Shown piece by piece: positions 1 to 8,367 of a stretch of DNA of 64,000 nt (within the stretch, counting starts at the first letter, position 1; each line of letters starts with the position of its first letter). Under the pieces are notes generated by a model. That model was not told where the DNA came from, made no database searches, and saw only the letters and a program-made list of their open reading frames with translations. The stretch lies in the IMG/VR virus record IMGVR_UViG_3300010340_000454, positions 1 to 64,000 of that record, one strand, 5' to 3'. Made by a program: the position numbers and the translations under genes. This DNA is from a virus (lineage: Duplodnaviria; Caudoviricetes).

Positions 1-1020
1 AGTCTGTGCTATTTTGGAGTTAGGGTGTTCTTTAAGGTAGTCGCGCTGACGTTGCCGGCTTAATTTTTTGTACCAATCAGGCAGATTAGCCGCGGTTTCC
101 ACTAGTTTCAATTCTTTCATTCCTGAAATCTCCTGAGAGGACCATTTATTATTTAGCCAAGCCACTAACCCGTCTAGGTCTAGCTTTTGTTTTTGCATAA
201 AGTCTAATATGAAAGACAGGTCACGACGTGCGGTCTGATCTGTCTTGGAACTGTGTATACTGTTAGAAAAGTGGGTTCGGAAATCTTTTATGTAGTAGTC
301 GTGGCCTGTCAAATACTTATCTGCCAGACTCTTAGCGTACCTAGGCAATAACTCTCTCTTATTAGCAGGAGTTTTTATTAAAGACACGTAGTCAAACAAT
401 TGTGATTTTCTTCCTGCTCCAGAGTTCCTTGGGTACGTTTGTACGCCTTTGTTATCAGGAGAAGTTAGATACTCCATTAGTTGCATGATAGAGGAAGACT
501 TTTTCTTATTGTTTGTTTTTAAGTCTTTCTCATCACCATAAACGTAAACTGGTATATTGCGCGATTTTAGCGCCCTTAATACTTGAAAAATTTTATCTCG
601 GCCCGCTTGGTTAAGACTGGTTGTTTCTGGGTTATATAGTCTAACTTCCTTTATATAGGAGATAGCATTAGGAATTTCTGCTTTATTCAGTAGCAGGCGG
701 TCTTCTTGTTCGGTAAGGCCTTTATTAGCTTCTCTAAAGGAAGGCCCCCAGTAATCAACAGCATGGGCCTTATAGGTTTGTGCAAGCTTACGCCCGTCTA
801 GTTTAAGTATTACACTAAAAGCGCCTAGCATTTTTGTGTATGCGTTACTAGGGGTGCGAGAGGTGGAGAAGTAATAGTGGTAGCCTTTACTGATAGGGCC
901 TTCAGACTCCGTACCTATGACAGGGCTCGCTTGGAACTTATTAGATAAAATAATGTTTGCGAAAAAATTAAAGTTTGTGTAATGAAACACTTCTGAGCTA
1001 ATGCCGGATAATTCTATCAT
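1..1020 (-). CDS. Putative ADP-ribosyltransferase-fold protein (3' end runs off the window; absent from the ORF track)
   Basis: Manual translation from ATG 1020 (AGGTGA RBS) is open to base 1: MIELSGISSEVFHYT...YYFSTSRT...VILKLDG...VDYWGP...TEQEDR. The H-x-T / S-T-S / E-x-E spacing is ART-like. Confidence 0.6.
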   Translation of the reverse strand, partial: MIELSGISSEVFHYTNFNFFANIILSNKFQASPVIGTESEGPISKGYHYYFSTSRTPSNAYTKMLGAFSVILKLDGRKLAQTYKAHAVDYWGPSFREANKGLTEQEDRLLLNKAEIPNAISYIKEVRLYNPETTSLNQAGRDKIFQVLRALKSRNIPVYVYGDEKDLKTNNKKKSSSIMQLMEYLTSPDNKGVQTYPRNSGAGRKSQLFDYVSLIKTPANKRELLPRYAKSLADKYLTGHDYYIKDFRTHFSNSIHSSKTDQTARRDLSFILDFMQKQKLDLDGLVAWLNNKWSSQEISGMKELKLVETAANLPDWYKKLSRQRQRDYLKEHPNSKIAQT

Positions 1021-1034
1021 AAGTCACCTAAGCT

Positions 1035-1062
1035 AAAAAAGGAAGGCCCTTTCGAGCCTTCC
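1035..1062 (-). terminator. Rho-independent terminator
   Basis: GGAAGGC stem (1041-1047/1056-1062) followed by T6 on the minus strand, just after the 1074-1499 ORF. Confidence 0.8.
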
Positions 1063-1073
1063 ACGTTTTTGTA

Positions 1074-1499
1074 TTAACGGCCTTGGGCAGTGTCTAGTGC
1101 GTTGTTAGCCACTTCGCTAACGTTCGCTAGGCCAATAGTCCCGCCAACGCCTTCAAGTGCAGTGCCATTAGAGTTAACTGCGGCGATCAGGGCATTCAGT
1201 TTTGCAGTTAACGTGGCAATAGCATTAGCTGCGGTAGCAACGTCAGACACCGCGCCTACGGTATCGCCACCTGACGTACCTGTAGAGCTATCCGTTAACG
1301 CAACAACTGCGGCAGCTACAGCAGGGGAGCCTGTAGAGACAATAGCGGGATTCGGGCTAATATCAATGTAGCCAGCAGCCTGTGCATCTAACATCGCCTG
1401 TGTAACAAAGCTAACGTCACGAGTAGCGCCTGCGCGAATAGTAACGCGGCCAACGTTAACGTCGTTTGTGGCGCTATTATTTTTTACGGAAAATGTCAT
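1074..1499 (-). CDS. Head fibre/decoration-like virion protein
   Basis: Ala/Thr/Gly-rich, with an ALTDSSTG...AIATLTAKLNALIAA short coiled-coil typical of head fibres; GGAG RBS. Confidence 0.5.
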   Translation of the reverse strand: MTFSVKNNSATNDVNVGRVTIRAGATRDVSFVTQAMLDAQAAGYIDISPNPAIVSTGSPAVAAAVVALTDSSTGTSGGDTVGAVSDVATAANAIATLTAKLNALIAAVNSNGTALEGVGGTIGLANVSEVANNALDTAQGR

Positions 1500-1539
1500 G
1501 TCATATACTCCAAGTTAAGGTTAAATATACCTTTCAAGC

Positions 1540-1854
1540 TTAGTGGCAAATGCCAGAAAACTTTAGGTGGTAGGTATTACCTTCGTCGTCATCGCATTCT
1601 ACTTTCTGAAGGTATAAGTGGAGATCCGCTTTCTGCGCTGCTGCCTTCAAGGCTATAATGCCGGACGCCATAGCTTCAATTCCAGTTTCCGAGTTAACAG
1701 CGACCTCCATGGTAAACTCGCCCGTATTATTATTGCTGTCACTTGTAAGCTCGCTATCGTTCTTTAGAAAGTCCTGAAAGAACTCCTGCATTGCATTAAA
1801 TTTCTTTGGGTCAGCGCCAGCAACTTCTCGGGCACGTACAAGTTTATAAGTCAT
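1540..1854 (-). CDS. Hypothetical protein
   Basis: ORF with AGGAGA RBS inside the operon. Confidence 0.7.
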   Translation of the reverse strand: MTYKLVRAREVAGADPKKFNAMQEFFQDFLKNDSELTSDSNNNTGEFTMEVAVNSETGIEAMASGIIALKAAAQKADLHLYLQKVECDDDEGNTYHLKFSGICH

Positions 1855-1874
1855 TTGGTATCTCCTGCTTAAAT

Positions 1875-2144
1875 TTATTTACGGTATTCGTCTAATGCCA
1901 TATCGCGCTTTTTCACTTCGAGTTCTAGAATTTTTATAGACTCATAGTAAGCGGCACTTATTTGGTCATCGGCTGTTTCTCTAGTTACATCAGATAAAGG
2001 CAGCCTAGGCTTAACGAAACTAGGAGGAGGTTTTACTTTACCTGGAACTACTACCTGTACTTCCTTATACACAATTTTTTCTCGAACAAACAGGTCGCAC
2101 CCAGGCAAGAAAAGGCAAAGCACTACAACAAGTATAATCTTCAT
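1875..2144 (-). CDS. o-spanin (Rz1-like outer-membrane lipoprotein)
   Basis: Signal peptide with lipobox LPGC, Pro-rich segment; start overlaps the i-spanin stop (ATGA). Confidence 0.8.
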   Translation of the reverse strand: MKIILVVVLCLFLPGCDLFVREKIVYKEVQVVVPGKVKPPPSFVKPRLPLSDVTRETADDQISAAYYESIKILELEVKKRDMALDEYRK

Positions 2145-2584
2145 GGCTTAACCTCCCCGTATTCTTCTATTGCTCGTTGTCTTAGCCAATCCATCGCGCC
2201 TGAACACTCTTTGGGAATAGGCTTGCGTTTCAAAAGTATGTTTATCTGTGTTCTAAGACTAGAATCCATGACGGTGTATTCGTGCTGCAATTTACTAAGA
2301 CGAAATTCTAGGTCGTCTGCCTGCGCTAGGTATTCTTGTATCGAGGAATTCTGTTTATCAATTAGGTCGTTTGCTATTGTAAGCTGACCTTGTAACTGCT
2401 TTTTCTCTTGAGTTAACGCACCTATTTCAGTGTCTTTTTTAGAAATAGTTTCCGCTTTATTTTTTATGGAAACGTTCATAAAGAAAATTACCACTAGCAG
2501 TAAACCTATGACAACTCTATTTTTGTGCTTCCATAAGAAGCCAAAAAACTTTCCTATAGAGGCGAGGGCTGTTGCTGGATCCAT
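2141..2584 (-). CDS. i-spanin (Rz-like)
   Basis: Single N-terminal TM helix, long coiled-coil, C-terminal Cys; directly upstream of a lipoprotein gene. Confidence 0.8.
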   Translation of the reverse strand: MDPATALASIGKFFGFLWKHKNRVVIGLLLVVIFFMNVSIKNKAETISKKDTEIGALTQEKKQLQGQLTIANDLIDKQNSSIQEYLAQADDLEFRLSKLQHEYTVMDSSLRTQINILLKRKPIPKECSGAMDWLRQRAIEEYGEVKP

Positions 2585-2595
2585 GATTACCTCGA

Positions 2596-2904
2596 TTACT
2601 CGGTCATTTCAAATAAACAAACCACTACAAGTTTGTTGCTATCGAAAGCTACGCCTAGTGATCTAAACGACATTAACCCAGGGTAGTGGGCAGCAAAGAA
2701 ACGAACAATGTTCCGTTTTACGCTAGCTAACGCGTCTTCCGAAATAATGGATTTTTTTAGATAAACCATTATAGAAAATTTATCATCATCCAGGGAGGTG
2801 TCGATGCTGGCAATTTCGTATTGTAGTAAGGCTTTTATCAAGTCTCTTTTTATACTAGCTTCATCGAAGGCGTTTTTGTCTAGTACGATCTGTTCTCTTC
2901 GCAT
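2596..2904 (-). CDS. Hypothetical protein between PAS gene and spanins
   Basis: Start lies 2 nt after the PAS gene stop; tightly packed. Confidence 0.7.
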   Translation of the reverse strand: MRREQIVLDKNAFDEASIKRDLIKALLQYEIASIDTSLDDDKFSIMVYLKKSIISEDALASVKRNIVRFFAAHYPGLMSFRSLGVAFDSNKLVVVCLFEMTE

Positions 2905-2906
2905 TT

Positions 2907-3713
2907 TTAGTGGCTCTCTATGTTTCTCTTTACAGCTATATAGTAAGAAGGGACTTCAGGATCTTTATTCATAATAGGAGTGATGACGGTGTAGTCCTCT
3001 AGAATCTTGCCATCTTTAGACTCATTGAAGATTACTCCTACCCACGCCTTTTTAGCTTTCAGTTCTGCCCACATGTGTATGTACGTAGCGTTAGGGGTTA
3101 TTTCAGATCCTAGAAAACTTGGGTCCCGCCCTAAAGCCTCTTCTTTGCTATAGCCTGTGTGCAGAGTAAAAGCTTTATTAACGAAAAGTATTTTGTTTTC
3201 TTTGTTGGTTACCATTATAACATCTGAGGTAGCATCCAACGCTTGGGATAAAATTCTTATGTCCGCTTCATTCTGCAAGTCTCTGGTTATGTCTCTAACC
3301 AAAAACACGTAGTCGTTACCTGCTACGGTTACCGACGTGGAGACGGTTATAATGCGGCCTAGCATTGTTTGTACCTGATGCTCGAAGGGCTGTGTGTCTC
3401 TTCCAATCAGAACAGACCAATCATCTAGGAAAAGAGTGTTGACAGTTTTGCCTAGAATAAATTCTGCTGAAGTAGAAAACATTTTGCAGGCCGCCGCATT
3501 AAAGTCTACAATCAGGCCTTGCTGATTAACTTTAATGTAGGCATCCGACAAAATTTCGATTATTTGTCCGAGCAGCAGAGAATCCTTTTTCCACTGCATA
3601 ACCTTTTGCACGAAGTCATTAACTTCATCAGTTAATGCCGATACCGAAGCCTGTAGTGCTCGGCGTCCTGTTTTGTCAATCTTGAAATCAAAGTGACTTA
3701 CTTGAGCGTTCAT
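2907..3713 (-). CDS. Stand-alone tandem PAS-domain protein (PAS-B is NifL/Aer-like)
   Basis: PAS-A: LSDAYIKVNQQGLIVDFNAAACKMF...ILGK...FLVRDIT. PAS-B: ILFVNKAFTLHTGYSKEEALGRDPSFLGS...YIHMW...W.G...N.SKDG...ITPI...YIAVKRNI. No output domain. Confidence 0.85.
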   Translation of the reverse strand: MNAQVSHFDFKIDKTGRRALQASVSALTDEVNDFVQKVMQWKKDSLLLGQIIEILSDAYIKVNQQGLIVDFNAAACKMFSTSAEFILGKTVNTLFLDDWSVLIGRDTQPFEHQVQTMLGRIITVSTSVTVAGNDYVFLVRDITRDLQNEADIRILSQALDATSDVIMVTNKENKILFVNKAFTLHTGYSKEEALGRDPSFLGSEITPNATYIHMWAELKAKKAWVGVIFNESKDGKILEDYTVITPIMNKDPEVPSYYIAVKRNIESH

Positions 3714-3728
3714 CCTCGCTACCTCGTG

Positions 3729-4100
3729 CTAGTGTTTCATCATCCTGGAACTAACAATTATCTTAACTTCAACTAAGGCTATTCTTAGCTCTGTTAAGGC
3801 TCGTGCAGTATCTTTGGCGCTTTCATTGTATTCGGTGTTAATATCCTTAAGAGATTCAACGTATTGAGAAGTTAATTCCTGTAGCTGTTGTTGGGAAGCT
3901 TCTAAAGCATCAGATTGTTTAGCTAGTTGGGCCTGGTATTGTTTTTCTCTAATATATAAAGCTCGGCATAGGAACCAAATAGCGACCCCCATTCCTACAA
4001 TCACCAGTAATAAAATAGCTACAACGGCGTCTGACGCGGCTCCAGTAAATACATTATCTATGACGGAACCAAGATAATGTGTCAGTTTCGAGTCGCTCAT
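3729..4100 (-). CDS. Single-TM coiled-coil membrane protein (holin/antiholin-like candidate)
   Basis: TM helix VVAILLLVIVGMGVAIWFLC followed by a Gln-rich coiled-coil; AGGAGA RBS. Confidence 0.55.
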   Translation of the reverse strand: MSDSKLTHYLGSVIDNVFTGAASDAVVAILLLVIVGMGVAIWFLCRALYIREKQYQAQLAKQSDALEASQQQLQELTSQYVESLKDINTEYNESAKDTARALTELRIALVEVKIIVSSRMMKH

Positions 4101-4115
4101 GCCTTCTCCTATTTT

Positions 4116-5309
4116 TCAGAATCTAGGAAGTAACGTTGTCAAAGCCTGGCCTTGACTGTTTTGTTGCCTTAGAGGCAAGTGCCTATAGATTTCGTAAGGC
4201 TGAACTAAACGCGCATTAACTTCCCATCCATGAACGTTGGCGTTTCTATCTTTGAAGTCTGTATTATCCAATACACGCCAATATCTAGGAGACGACCTGT
4301 CGTGCAGGTCTACTATTATGTCCCACGGTTGAACGTTGTAAACTTTAGGGCTTACTAAGATTTGGACATTGCCTACTGCGTCAAGGACGTTCAAGTCACC
4401 GGTCTTAGTAAAGTGCGGATACTCTAAGTAAGTTGTTTCGCCAGTAAGATTAAACTGTATTTCCACGTGTGTAAATTGGGCACATCCGGATATGCGAATA
4501 ACTACAGGAGTTCCTATGCAATGTGCAAGCAAGGAAGCTTTGTCTAGTGGAACTAACCCGGTTGTTGTCTGGCCTATTTGCGCGGTTACTCCACTCAGTA
4601 AGGTTTGGTTATTCCAAAAGTTTAAAGCGTCTAACCTAGTAGCACCGAACGGCAGAGTAACTCGGAAGTCAACATAACCCGAAGGATCGTTCTGGCTAAA
4701 GCTGTGCGGTGTTACCATCTGGTCTACTGTGTATCCGAAAGCATTGTGTTCACTTACGCTAGAAAAAACTAAGCGCATTCCGTTGTGAACGTTAAATCCG
4801 CCTACAAAGCCTGTACCAAAACAGATACCGCACTTTCCTGTAGTAGCGCGGTCAGGTTCTAATTCGAGAAATGAAGAATTTAGATCGGCTTCGACCTCGG
4901 TAGATAATGGATTACCTAGGTCAACGTCAGGCTGAAAGGATTTCTTTTTGGTGTTGTTAGAGTCAACAGTGAAAACTTTTCCGGCGCGTTCCTGATTAGG
5001 GCGAATACCATAGTCCTCAATACCGAAGCCTGAATCCATTAACATGCTTTGTATATGGTCAGGTGCGGCATTTCCTTTATCATCCAACAGTGGAAGAACT
5101 GGTGAACTTTCTCTTCCTAAAGTACAGCTACACTTAACTCCAGTGTACATCTTATTGTACACAACACAAGGAAAGCCGTTTACTTGGAAAGCATTGTGGT
5201 AGCGTTCCTGCACAATAGGTGCAACTGTCTTTATCCTATCAATTGCAACAGGTACCGCCTTGGTATTTTTGTCGTGGAGGCGTCTGTTGCTTGGAAATTT
5301 AAATGCCAT
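4116..5309 (-). CDS. Neck/head-closure-like virion protein with Zn-binding insert
   Basis: Start reassigned to ATG 5309 (GGAGG RBS). CSC...CGICFGTGFVGGF motif and C-terminal DIIVD...WRV beta-barrel as in large-phage neck proteins. Confidence 0.5.
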   Translation of the reverse strand: MAFKFPSNRRLHDKNTKAVPVAIDRIKTVAPIVQERYHNAFQVNGFPCVVYNKMYTGVKCSCTLGRESSPVLPLLDDKGNAAPDHIQSMLMDSGFGIEDYGIRPNQERAGKVFTVDSNNTKKKSFQPDVDLGNPLSTEVEADLNSSFLELEPDRATTGKCGICFGTGFVGGFNVHNGMRLVFSSVSEHNAFGYTVDQMVTPHSFSQNDPSGYVDFRVTLPFGATRLDALNFWNNQTLLSGVTAQIGQTTTGLVPLDKASLLAHCIGTPVVIRISGCAQFTHVEIQFNLTGETTYLEYPHFTKTGDLNVLDAVGNVQILVSPKVYNVQPWDIIVDLHDRSSPRYWRVLDNTDFKDRNANVHGWEVNARLVQPYEIYRHLPLRQQNSQGQALTTLLPRF

Positions 5310-5345
5310 TTGATACCTCCAGACACTGCTGCCCACAGTGGTAAA

Positions 5346-5355
5346 CTGTAAAGTG
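5346..5355 (+). promoter_or_regulatory. CTGTAAAGTR motif (phage promoter/regulatory element)
   Basis: CTGTAAAGTG upstream of ruvC; recurs at 5 other intergenic sites. Confidence 0.55.
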
Positions 5356-5393
5356 ACAGTAGTAATCAACTTTGTAAAATTGCCTTTTTATTG

Positions 5394-5403
5394 CTAATTT
5401 CAT
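5394..5403 (+). promoter_or_regulatory. Putative late promoter CTAATTTCAT
   Basis: Matches the recurring CTAATTTHAT motif; upstream of ruvC. Confidence 0.6.
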
Positions 5404-5432
5404 ATTAGAGGTGAGACTTCACTCTTGCTAGT

Positions 5433-5442
5433 ATAAAATTAG
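5433..5442 (-). promoter_or_regulatory. Putative late promoter CTAATTTTAT driving the neck-PAS-spanin operon
   Basis: Reverse-strand motif copy upstream of ATG 5309. Confidence 0.65.
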
Positions 5443-5451
5443 TGAGGACGC

Positions 5452-6015
5452 ATGATAACAATTTTAGGTATTGACCCTGGCTCAGTTAACGCAGGGTATG
5501 CAATTCTGCGAGCTAGGGTTAAAAATAAGAAAATCCAATATAAGTTAGAAGAGTGTGGTAAGTTAAATAACCTTCTAAAGGATTTAAAGCATCCTCACAA
5601 GAAAGTATTAAAGGCGCATGTCAGAGAAGTAAAAAGCCTAGTAAATAAGTATAAGGCAGATTACGTGTTAACCGAACGGTATATGACAAGAGGTATCAAG
5701 GGTTCCACCATAGAAGCCGTCAACCAAATGTTAGGTGCCTTGGATATAGGGTTGTCGCAGGAAATAACGCAAATACCTGCCGCTACTTGGAAGAATCAGG
5801 TAAACAGAATCTTTGACTTAAAAGAATTTTACAAGAGCGTGAGGGTAGAGCCTCACGAAGTAGATGCGGTGTTGCAGGCATTTTGGTTAGCAGGTAAAAA
5901 ATTAAACGTAAACCTGTTAACTATTTTTAAAAGTAAGAAAACCATAAACCAGTTGCGTAAGGTAATAGAGTGCAAAACAACGAGCCAGCTAAAGAAAGAG
6001 AAAGCGAAAAAATAG
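5452..6015 (+). CDS. ruvC: RuvC-like Holliday junction resolvase
   Basis: ILGIDPGSVNAGYA, internal E (VLTERY), PAATWK and C-terminal HEVDA acidic motif. Confidence 0.85.
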   Translation: MITILGIDPGSVNAGYAILRARVKNKKIQYKLEECGKLNNLLKDLKHPHKKVLKAHVREVKSLVNKYKADYVLTERYMTRGIKGSTIEAVNQMLGALDIGLSQEITQIPAATWKNQVNRIFDLKEFYKSVRVEPHEVDAVLQAFWLAGKKLNVNLLTIFKSKKTINQLRKVIECKTTSQLKKEKAKK

Positions 6016-6539
6016 CTATAGTTTGTCCTTTAACTATGTCTTTAATAGGCGGCCAATGCTTAGTAAAAACTTGCATGTGGAACTCGGAAGGAAATTGCAT
6101 TTATAAGCCAGAAGCTTCCGAACTAGACTTAGGTGAAGGTAAAGGCCTAAGCATAAGCAAGTGCCTTCTAGAGACTAGAAAGGCAAAAGCTAACATAACT
6201 AGAATACTTATTTTAGACAAGTACGTTAGTTGGACAGTAGAAAAATATCCAGAAAAAAGTAAGTACAGCCGTAGATTGCTAAAAAATAGTTTTGTTCTAG
6301 AAGCAAAGGAAGCGTCTAAATTAAATAACGAGGCTTTCAATGTTTCATTATACCACTTTTGCCTTCTATGTAGAGGAAGAGTGTTTAAAAAATTTATTGA
6401 GAACTTTCCTGATCTAAAAAGAAACAAATTACCTTCGATATTAGGTATAAGGGAAAACACAATAAGTAAGGTTAACCGACAGTATAAGAAGGTTTCCACT
6501 CGAAAGAGTAAGTCAAAATCAACCAATACCAACCAATGA
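5970..6539 (+). CDS. Hypothetical basic protein with N-terminal Cys cluster
   Basis: CPL...C...C.W...C motif; start codon uncertain. Confidence 0.6.
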   Translation: MQNNEPAKERESEKIAIVCPLTMSLIGGQCLVKTCMWNSEGNCIYKPEASELDLGEGKGLSISKCLLETRKAKANITRILILDKYVSWTVEKYPEKSKYSRRLLKNSFVLEAKEASKLNNEAFNVSLYHFCLLCRGRVFKKFIENFPDLKRNKLPSILGIRENTISKVNRQYKKVSTRKSKSKSTNTNQ

Positions 6540-6549
6540 GGTAATCAAC

Positions 6550-7203
6550 ATGCAGAGCATGGACACCAGCCCGAGAAAAACCGTACTTACCCTGAATGAC
6601 CTTGAGAACAGGACAAAGGGTTCTATCTACGTTCTGAATAATACGCGGCAGCCTGAGCAAGGCGAAGTTAGTTTTACTGTGCCTAAGCTAGGACAGAGTG
6701 GTGTTGACAACGTTGTGGTGCCGAGTACATTTATTCCTATCGACCTCATGGAACAAGTAAGCCGTAAGCAGCTTATGGAGAGTTCGGAGTTCAAGAAGGC
6801 GGTGAGAGGTAAAGTACTGCTGCTAATCACCGATGAATACGCTAGGGAATTGTTGTCGGAAGAGGATGCTACCTACGAGCAAGAGAGACTCTTCAACCAG
6901 AGCCAAGCCACTATGAATATGGCGCAGTCGATGGAAGGTATGCAGACAGGCGATATGCTTCACCCAGAGCTGGCTCGCCGCCAGGTTAGCAATGCCGATA
7001 ATGACGTTATTGAAGGAATTTCTCCTAAGGTCGCTGCGGTACTTAGCACCCTTGAGGAATCTAACGATGAACGCGGTGCTATCAGTTCGTTGCGTACTGT
7101 AGAATCTACGCTTACCGATAAGGACTTTGCTTACGTGGTTAAGCAGTGCGGGAGCAAGTACAGCATCCTGAAAGAGTGGGCACGTAAGCGCTTGCAGGCG
7201 TAA
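6550..7203 (+). CDS. Hypothetical protein
   Basis: GAGG RBS; followed by a terminator. Confidence 0.8.
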   Translation: MQSMDTSPRKTVLTLNDLENRTKGSIYVLNNTRQPEQGEVSFTVPKLGQSGVDNVVVPSTFIPIDLMEQVSRKQLMESSEFKKAVRGKVLLLITDEYARELLSEEDATYEQERLFNQSQATMNMAQSMEGMQTGDMLHPELARRQVSNADNDVIEGISPKVAAVLSTLEESNDERGAISSLRTVESTLTDKDFAYVVKQCGSKYSILKEWARKRLQA

Positions 7204-7216
7204 CCTTTAAGGCAAT

Positions 7217-7258
7217 AAAAAAGGGGGACTTGGATTTTTATTCCAAGTCCCCCTTTTT
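7217..7258. terminator. Bidirectional Rho-independent terminator
   Basis: A6-GGGGGACTTGGA-loop-TCCAAGTCCCCC-T5 between convergent genes. Confidence 0.9.
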
Positions 7259-7266
7259 GTTATCCG

Positions 7267-8364
7267 CTATGCAACATTTTTCATAGAAGATAATTTAGAA
7301 CGCAACTTATTAACAAACTTTATGCCCGACTCTTCCGGAACTTCCAAGAATGCCAAGGCTGTTTGCATATATGTTTTGAAGTCTACCCTCCCAAAGTAAT
7401 CATCATTCTCGTACCGAACTTTTCGGGCTTTCAAGTATTCAGAAAATTCCTTGTCAAACTCCCCACTAAGAAGCTTTATGAAGTGCCTCTTCTTCCCGCT
7501 GTACTTAGATGTTACCCTTTCAACACTGATCCGTGTAGTAAAGGAGTCATAGGACTTTCCATCAATATGGGTACCGTTCTCATCCGTCGCCAAAAAATCT
7601 TTAGCTTCAGGGGATGACATAGGTATTACTACGCGAGAGTCCTCGTTAGGCTTAGCTCCGCTCCTCAGACGGCCTCTGCCTTTTGTTGTATACTTCTCGA
7701 TATAGTTTATGCCAGAGTTATGCGCGGTACGCTTAACTATATTCATAAGGTGTTCCATGGATTCTATCCTAGGATACATGAACATTGCAGCCTGTAGGCT
7801 GTCGGCAGTCAGTTCCTTACAAATATCATCTGGATCTTGCCCGTGCATTTCGTAAATGAAACGCATCTTACGATACACAAACTTTCTAACAAACGCTACG
7901 TAGTCCTTGTGCATAGCTACGTATGCCAGAGCAGAATCAAACTCCAGTAAGGTTTTATTTTTGTACCCTTTCTTAACCATGTCTGCAAGCATCTTCTTGG
8001 AGGCGTCATCTAAAACTTTATGAATGTCCGCATCCATAGACTTTACGCCGTAGGACTTCAAAACCATTTTTGTTACGTGTGGCTTTTCTTTATACCAAAA
8101 GTACAGCCATAGCTTAAGGTTTTTCAGAAAGTAGCCTTTGCTTAACAACAAAGTGCGTCGTAACTCTATAACTCGAAAGTCTTTGTTTCCTATCGTCTCC
8201 CTAACTAAAGATGTAAATTTGGAAGCGGAAATTGCCTTAAACAAATACTGGATGCAATAGTTTATCAGCAACTTCTGGTCTCGGACAGGCAGAGAGCCAT
8301 AATCCAAATAGTACTTGCGTATTACTCGCTCTACAGAGTTTCCAGACTTTGTGAAACGAAGCAT
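7267..8364 (-). CDS. Putative phage sigma-factor-like protein
   Basis: FVRKFVYRKMRFIYEMHGQDPDDICKEL...AAMFMYPR...LMNIVKRTAHNSGINYIEK resembles sigma70/ECF region 2; the C-terminal helical segment could be region 4. Confidence 0.45.
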   Translation of the reverse strand: MLRFTKSGNSVERVIRKYYLDYGSLPVRDQKLLINYCIQYLFKAISASKFTSLVRETIGNKDFRVIELRRTLLLSKGYFLKNLKLWLYFWYKEKPHVTKMVLKSYGVKSMDADIHKVLDDASKKMLADMVKKGYKNKTLLEFDSALAYVAMHKDYVAFVRKFVYRKMRFIYEMHGQDPDDICKELTADSLQAAMFMYPRIESMEHLMNIVKRTAHNSGINYIEKYTTKGRGRLRSGAKPNEDSRVVIPMSSPEAKDFLATDENGTHIDGKSYDSFTTRISVERVTSKYSGKKRHFIKLLSGEFDKEFSEYLKARKVRYENDDYFGRVDFKTYMQTALAFLEVPEESGIKFVNKLRSKLSSMKNVA

Positions 8365-8367
8365 ATC

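Noticed and set aside
5310-5369. ORF-track TTG start at 5369
   Set aside because: ATG 5309 has a GGAGG RBS, and the extension overlaps regulatory motifs.
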